From: Trichoplax adhaerens
Lineage: Eukaryota > Animalia > Placozoa
Length of the DNA stretch: 11,604 bases
NCBI RefSeq assembly: GCF_000150275.1
Contig: NW_002060975.1
Location: 4,974 to 16,577 of the forward strand
Reading direction: 5' to 3'
Numbering within the stretch: the stretch's first letter is position 1; each line of letters begins with the position of its first letter. The notes under the pieces were generated by a model, which was not told the DNA's origin, did not search any database, and saw nothing but the letters and a program-made list of their open reading frames with translations. Positions 6,861 to 11,604 of this stretch are shown piece by piece. The position numbers were made by a program, and so were the translations under genes.

Positions 6861-9849
6861 TAAAGAATTTTGAATCAGTTGATTGAGTTTCGCCATGAGT
6901 AGGTAAATAAAATTCTATAGCATGAAATCAAACGGATAGACAAAACTGTACGCCAAGTATGGCAAATAATATTTTTATAACTCAATGGTTGGTTTGATCG
7001 GTGTGGGTTCAATAAAATCCGTTAAAGTTCATATTCTTTACTGCTACGTGAGTTACTCTATGGACTACACGTATATGAACAACTGCATCAACTTTATGAA
7101 TCATAACGTCCAGCTTGTTAGTGCTTGATGATTTCTAAACAGAGTTTGATGAGAAAGTGTAACACTTTAATATACACTGCCGCATTGACTTCTTGATGTT
7201 CAAGCTTGTGATGTTTGTGATTTTATTCTTAGAAAGTTCATTTGTTAATAATACTTATGATCATTGGTAATTTACTTTTTGCATGGGAGTTTTCAATGCA
7301 TGTTTTAAAAAGTCATAATACTCTATTCTGTGATGGACGGATTTACTTTTATTGCCTTTGGTCCTAGCTGTTATTTGTTAATTTCTTGATAAATCAAAAG
7401 CAACATCGCTGCATTAAACACTTAATATCAAGCAATACTACAATTCAAACAAACAGAGCTATAATTTGTGGTACAGTCCTATGCATATGCTACACTAATA
7501 CAGTGCACCCATATAAATAATGCTTAGTTACAGAGTGTGATAGCGTTAATGTAACTGAATTAAAAATAATTTAAAATAACTATCATGAATAGAACTAGCT
7601 GCCACTTGTTGCGACCACACTAAAACACTCTACACGCTTCCTATTTTGAAGGTGTCCATCTCTGATTTTATTTCAATCTCACCTATTTATACTTATTTTA
7701 CTATTGCGATCATTACTGCCCTTCTTATTTGCATAATTATAGTGCAGTCTCATAACAGTCAGGCAACGTACAGCTATATTCAAATATTAAGCTTTGCCCA
7801 GATTACGAATTGGTGCTTACGACAAACAACAACGAATAGTTAGCTGAGCACAATAATATAAGTATCCTAGCGTACCCCTATCGTTAGATTGTAACTCAAT
7901 CCGTGTATGCTGACATTGTAGCTACTATGACTATTAACAGTTAATATACATATCAAAAAGGAACAAAATCAATCAAACATCTTAAGAACAACATAACCTC
8001 GAAAGGCAATCAGCATTGTGTTAAATAAAGCTCATTTAGAATAAAAATTGATATTAAAATCGGACAGCAACACCACTGCAAATAATTAATTGGTGTATAT
8101 ATAACATGCAGTTTTATAAATTACACTACAGTAGTAGTAGTGTAAAGGCAAGGCTTCAGTAGGAACAATCTTCATTTCAATATTCCTCAGTACTACAAAA
8201 ATATGGAGGCTACCCTATATCATTGCATTTACTTCTGGTGACTAACAGAATAGTGTCAATAGAGATATTCAGCTATGCATAGCCTGAAGGATCTCTCCCT
8301 AATTATGACGTAATAAACTATGCAGGCGCTCTAATACAGCGTAGGATGCAGCAGCTATCTCAGGTTCTATCGAGTATCATTATTACAAATGACTTATAAG
8401 AGAAGCCACTGAACTAAACCCAGAAATCTAGGTTAAACACACTGCAATGCTGTAGAGACTAGAGACTAGTCTTCAACCGGCTAATGATACCCGCAGTAGG
8501 CGTAGATTTCATTACTGAATTGCTGAAAGGGTTGCATTAATTTAGTATCCGTTTTTCTAAGTTCGTATGAGGCAATAAGATGGTATCTAGTACTATTTAC
8601 AAGAAATATATCATTATGATATCACTGATCAAAAATTTGTTTATATAGTCAGCAAGACTATGCTGTAGATCTTCGTATAGCACTTTTTTCTCAAATCGCT
8701 GACAGTTTATCGTCTATTACGAGATTTACTTCTAGGAGAAAACGGTTGAACTTGAGAGGTGGCTGCGATCATTTTTAGTTATAAGTACATATTTTAGTAT
8801 AATTTACTATTGTAATAAAGCTTTGTACGGTATGCTCTTGCAATGTCTATCTCAAAACCAAACTATCATACTCCATTTAGTTTTTAGTATTGTGGGTTAG
8901 GCATGAAACAAATATAGTGATTGCGGATTTTAAATGGCTCGCAAATCGCTCTTATTTATGTAAGATTATTTGGCCTGAAAAGTCGCCCATGACTAGTGTT
9001 TCGGCTTGAGAAAGCATATACTTACTATCGATTTAAGTTAGCGGATTCTTCATGTATTTAAGTATATAATTTGTTTCACTAACCGATACATAAATAATAA
9101 TAGTAGTACTGTAAGTTAGTTACCTTACTACAGTTGATGGCTTATAAAAAGTTAACATAAAATAAATCACAAGCGAAGATTAAAAACTGGAACAGGGATT
9201 ATCGAGTAATATTAAGTTAAGAATGGAATTAAAGGCGTCAAACTTGTGACAAACACATAGCATATAAAAAATAAAATACACGGAAGGAAATAAATAGAGA
9301 GAATTTGGGATGAACACTTTATAAGTTAATTTTGAATGATAATATCTATCCATACCAGTTCACTCCTGCTTGATCTATTAGGATAGACCAGGTACAACGT
9401 TTTAATGAGTATTTCACAGTTCTTGAATCTTGATGCTCAAGCTAACGGTTTAATAATGGAGCTGATGAAGAAAAAGTAATTAGCGAATTTGTCCGTCAAA
9501 AAAGCGCCAAGAGTGAGATAGGGAAGAAAAGTAGAAAGAAAATTTATTCGACTGTCATGCGATCACATTATTGACTTTGAGTTCATTAATGAATAATGCA
9601 ACAGCATCGTTTGCAAAGAAAGAAATAACAATCAATTATTTTCAATTGGTTGTTGAATTTGAGCTATTATCACGCAAATAAAATTAGAATTCAGGAAGGG
9701 TAGATTGACAATAGTTTAGAGCTTAATAGTTAGAGCATATCAAAGTTTTAATAACATTTATTGGTACTGCTAAAGTCAAACAAGTGGTGAGAACATTTAT
9801 GGTTTACAAAGTATCTTGATCAGTTCAAGGCTTTCAATACAGAAACAGA

Positions 9850-10235
9850 NNNNNNNNNNNNNNNNNNNNNNNNNNNNNNNNNNNNNNNNNNNNNNNNNNN
9901 NNNNNNNNNNNNNNNNNNNNNNNNNNNNNNNNNNNNNNNNNNNNNNNNNNNNNNNNNNNNNNNNNNNNNNNNNNNNNNNNNNNNNNNNNNNNNNNNNNNN
10001 NNNNNNNNNNNNNNNNNNNNNNNNNNNNNNNNNNNNNNNNNNNNNNNNNNNNNNNNNNNNNNNNNNNNNNNNNNNNNNNNNNNNNNNNNNNNNNNNNNNN
10101 NNNNNNNNNNNNNNNNNNNNNNNNNNNNNNNNNNNNNNNNNNNNNNNNNNNNNNNNNNNNNNNNNNNNNNNNNNNNNNNNNNNNNNNNNNNNNNNNNNNN
10201 NNNNNNNNNNNNNNNNNNNNNNNNNNNNNNNNNNN
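9850..10235. other. Gap or masked sequence (386 N)
   Basis: N run. Confidence 0.95.
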
Positions 10236-11604
10236 CTAATGAGAGAATGAAATCAAATTGCGCAGGGTAGTGATATCAACACCTGCACTTGATCTATATC
10301 GATCTATATCGTCTACATTCTGCATCAACAGAGCAATCACTGGGATGCTATTAGTGTAAGCCAATCGACGTGTAATTAACAGTGCTTAGCGATATTTTGG
10401 GGATGATTAGTTCATTCTGCATCTTCAATTGATGTAGTGTGGATAAATTGTCAATCAATATTGCAGCCTTACTTCTTTTAGTTATAGCAATACTCAAAAC
10501 AGGTTGTGGTAATGTCTACGGTTCATCTTCCATTTGAATTATATTAGTACTGTCATAACTTACTTACCTTATCCATGATATTGTAACAGAAAATGTTTAT
10601 CCCAATAATCTTCAAGCAGCTATCAATTCCTAACAGGAATCATGGATGATTGTCCTATTTCTGCCCCATCGATAGACTCTAGTATAAGATTCAATTTGAT
10701 CACCTATCATCACAAGTACGCGTACTTGTTACACGATCAGACAACAGGAAAATGTTAGTTGATCAATAGTTGATTCAAGAATACAGACGGCTTTGATTAT
10801 ACTATATTTAAGTAATCCTTGCACTAGAGTAATGAAAGTGAATAGCAATGGCATGGATGATAGTCATAATATACAGTATAATGAGTCATTTGATTGTAAT
10901 TCAGTTTATTGAACAACTTGCCATGTCAGTAAAGCTAGTCAGTCAGTATTTTCTTCTAGGTCAATCTTCGTCAGCAACGCGCATAGCCCACCCAAGACTG
11001 TGTGATCAAATCGAGTATCTCATTCTTGCTTCTCTATCTTGTTCATCCAAAATATCCACTCGTCTATTGTACTAGTCAATTATAGTTTAGTAATTCCTTG
11101 TGCTTTTGGTCATCCCCTTGGGAAGTTGACGATTTGTAATAAGTTAAAACTGGCAATACTTATTCTACTTTAATACCTTGAGTAATGTCCATCAAGTCAT
11201 TGTAATTTAGGGTAGAGTCTGCTATCAAAAATTTTGTTACTTATATGCTTATATATATATATATATATTATATAACAGATATTTGTCTACAGTTCTACAA
11301 AACCTTTCATAATAATAACTACATTCTATCGAAAATGACAACTAGATATGCAGGTACTCGTGTTTATCTTTACAATTGATTATGAACTTTAGCAAGTTGG
11401 CGAAATTTGGAATGATAGCTAATAAGGAAAAACGGACTGTATAAGTGACAGCATTTGATTTATTAAAGATTTTGAGTAACGTTAATTGAAGCGACTACAA
11501 AATGAAATTACGTAATGATTTTAATCAAAACTTGGCCGTACTTGAGCAATTCCATTTTCAAACCAGTTATTAACTCATCACTATTTTCAGCATGAAAGTC
11601 AACA
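10236..11604 (+). repeat. Direct segmental repeat, copy 2 (runs off the window end), carrying damaged copies of the candidate N-terminal exons
   Basis: Near-identical to 3644-5238. The acceptor AG is changed to AA at 11134. 1-nt indels near 11050 and 11585. (AT)n is expanded at 11251-11268. Confidence 0.97.
11251..11268. repeat. (AT)9 microsatellite
   Basis: Directly visible. The paralogous site near 4890 is shorter and interrupted. Confidence 0.85.

Noticed and set aside
5934-6896. ORFs of 289-320 aa
   Set aside because: Almost entirely X; gap artefacts.
7646-7843. 65-aa hydrophobic ORF
   Set aside because: Non-ATG start, composition expected from AT-rich DNA, and no clear splice or homology support.
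8121-8145. 9-bp stem hairpin TTACACTAC...GTAGTGTAA
   Set aside because: Short, AT-rich and overlapping a GTA repeat, with no supporting context.
8480-8775. Short protein-like minus-strand frames (CQRFEKKVLYEDLQHSLADYINKFL..., YHLIASYELRKTDTKLMQPFQQF...)
   Set aside because: Interrupted by stops, with no recognisable family or convincing splice pairs. Only a tBLASTx search could rescue them.
9816-10250. 144-aa ORF
   Set aside because: Gap artefact.
10848-11075. 75-aa plus-strand ORF
   Set aside because: Antisense to the cassette, frame not preserved in copy 1 (indel near 4685), and no motif.
1-11604. Prokaryotic defence system (Avs/CRISPR) interpretation
   Set aside because: Spliceosomal introns and low coding density indicate a eukaryote, and there is no repeat-spacer array or operon structure.

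Overview
AT-rich eukaryotic genomic DNA with GT-AG introns and four N-gaps (3138-3187, 4074-4649, 6006-6860, 9850-10235). Most long ORFs in the supplied track are N-run artefacts. The main content is a minus-strand, multi-exon STAND ATPase gene of the NB-ARC/Apaf-1 type. Four phase-compatible exons (2678-2448, 1485-1360, 1267-1116, 735-299) splice into about 315 uninterrupted codons carrying Walker A, Walker B, sensor-1, GLPL and winged-helix motifs, and the gene continues beyond the left edge of the window. Upstream (to the right) are several candidate N-terminal exons that look partly damaged, with weak CARD-like and TIR-like resemblance. That N-terminal block (3644-5238) recurs at high identity at 10236-11604 without the NB-ARC exons, and one 58-nt exon-like unit is present in three copies. 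Composition, intron sizes and gene family would fit an early-branching animal such as a placozoan, but that is inference only.
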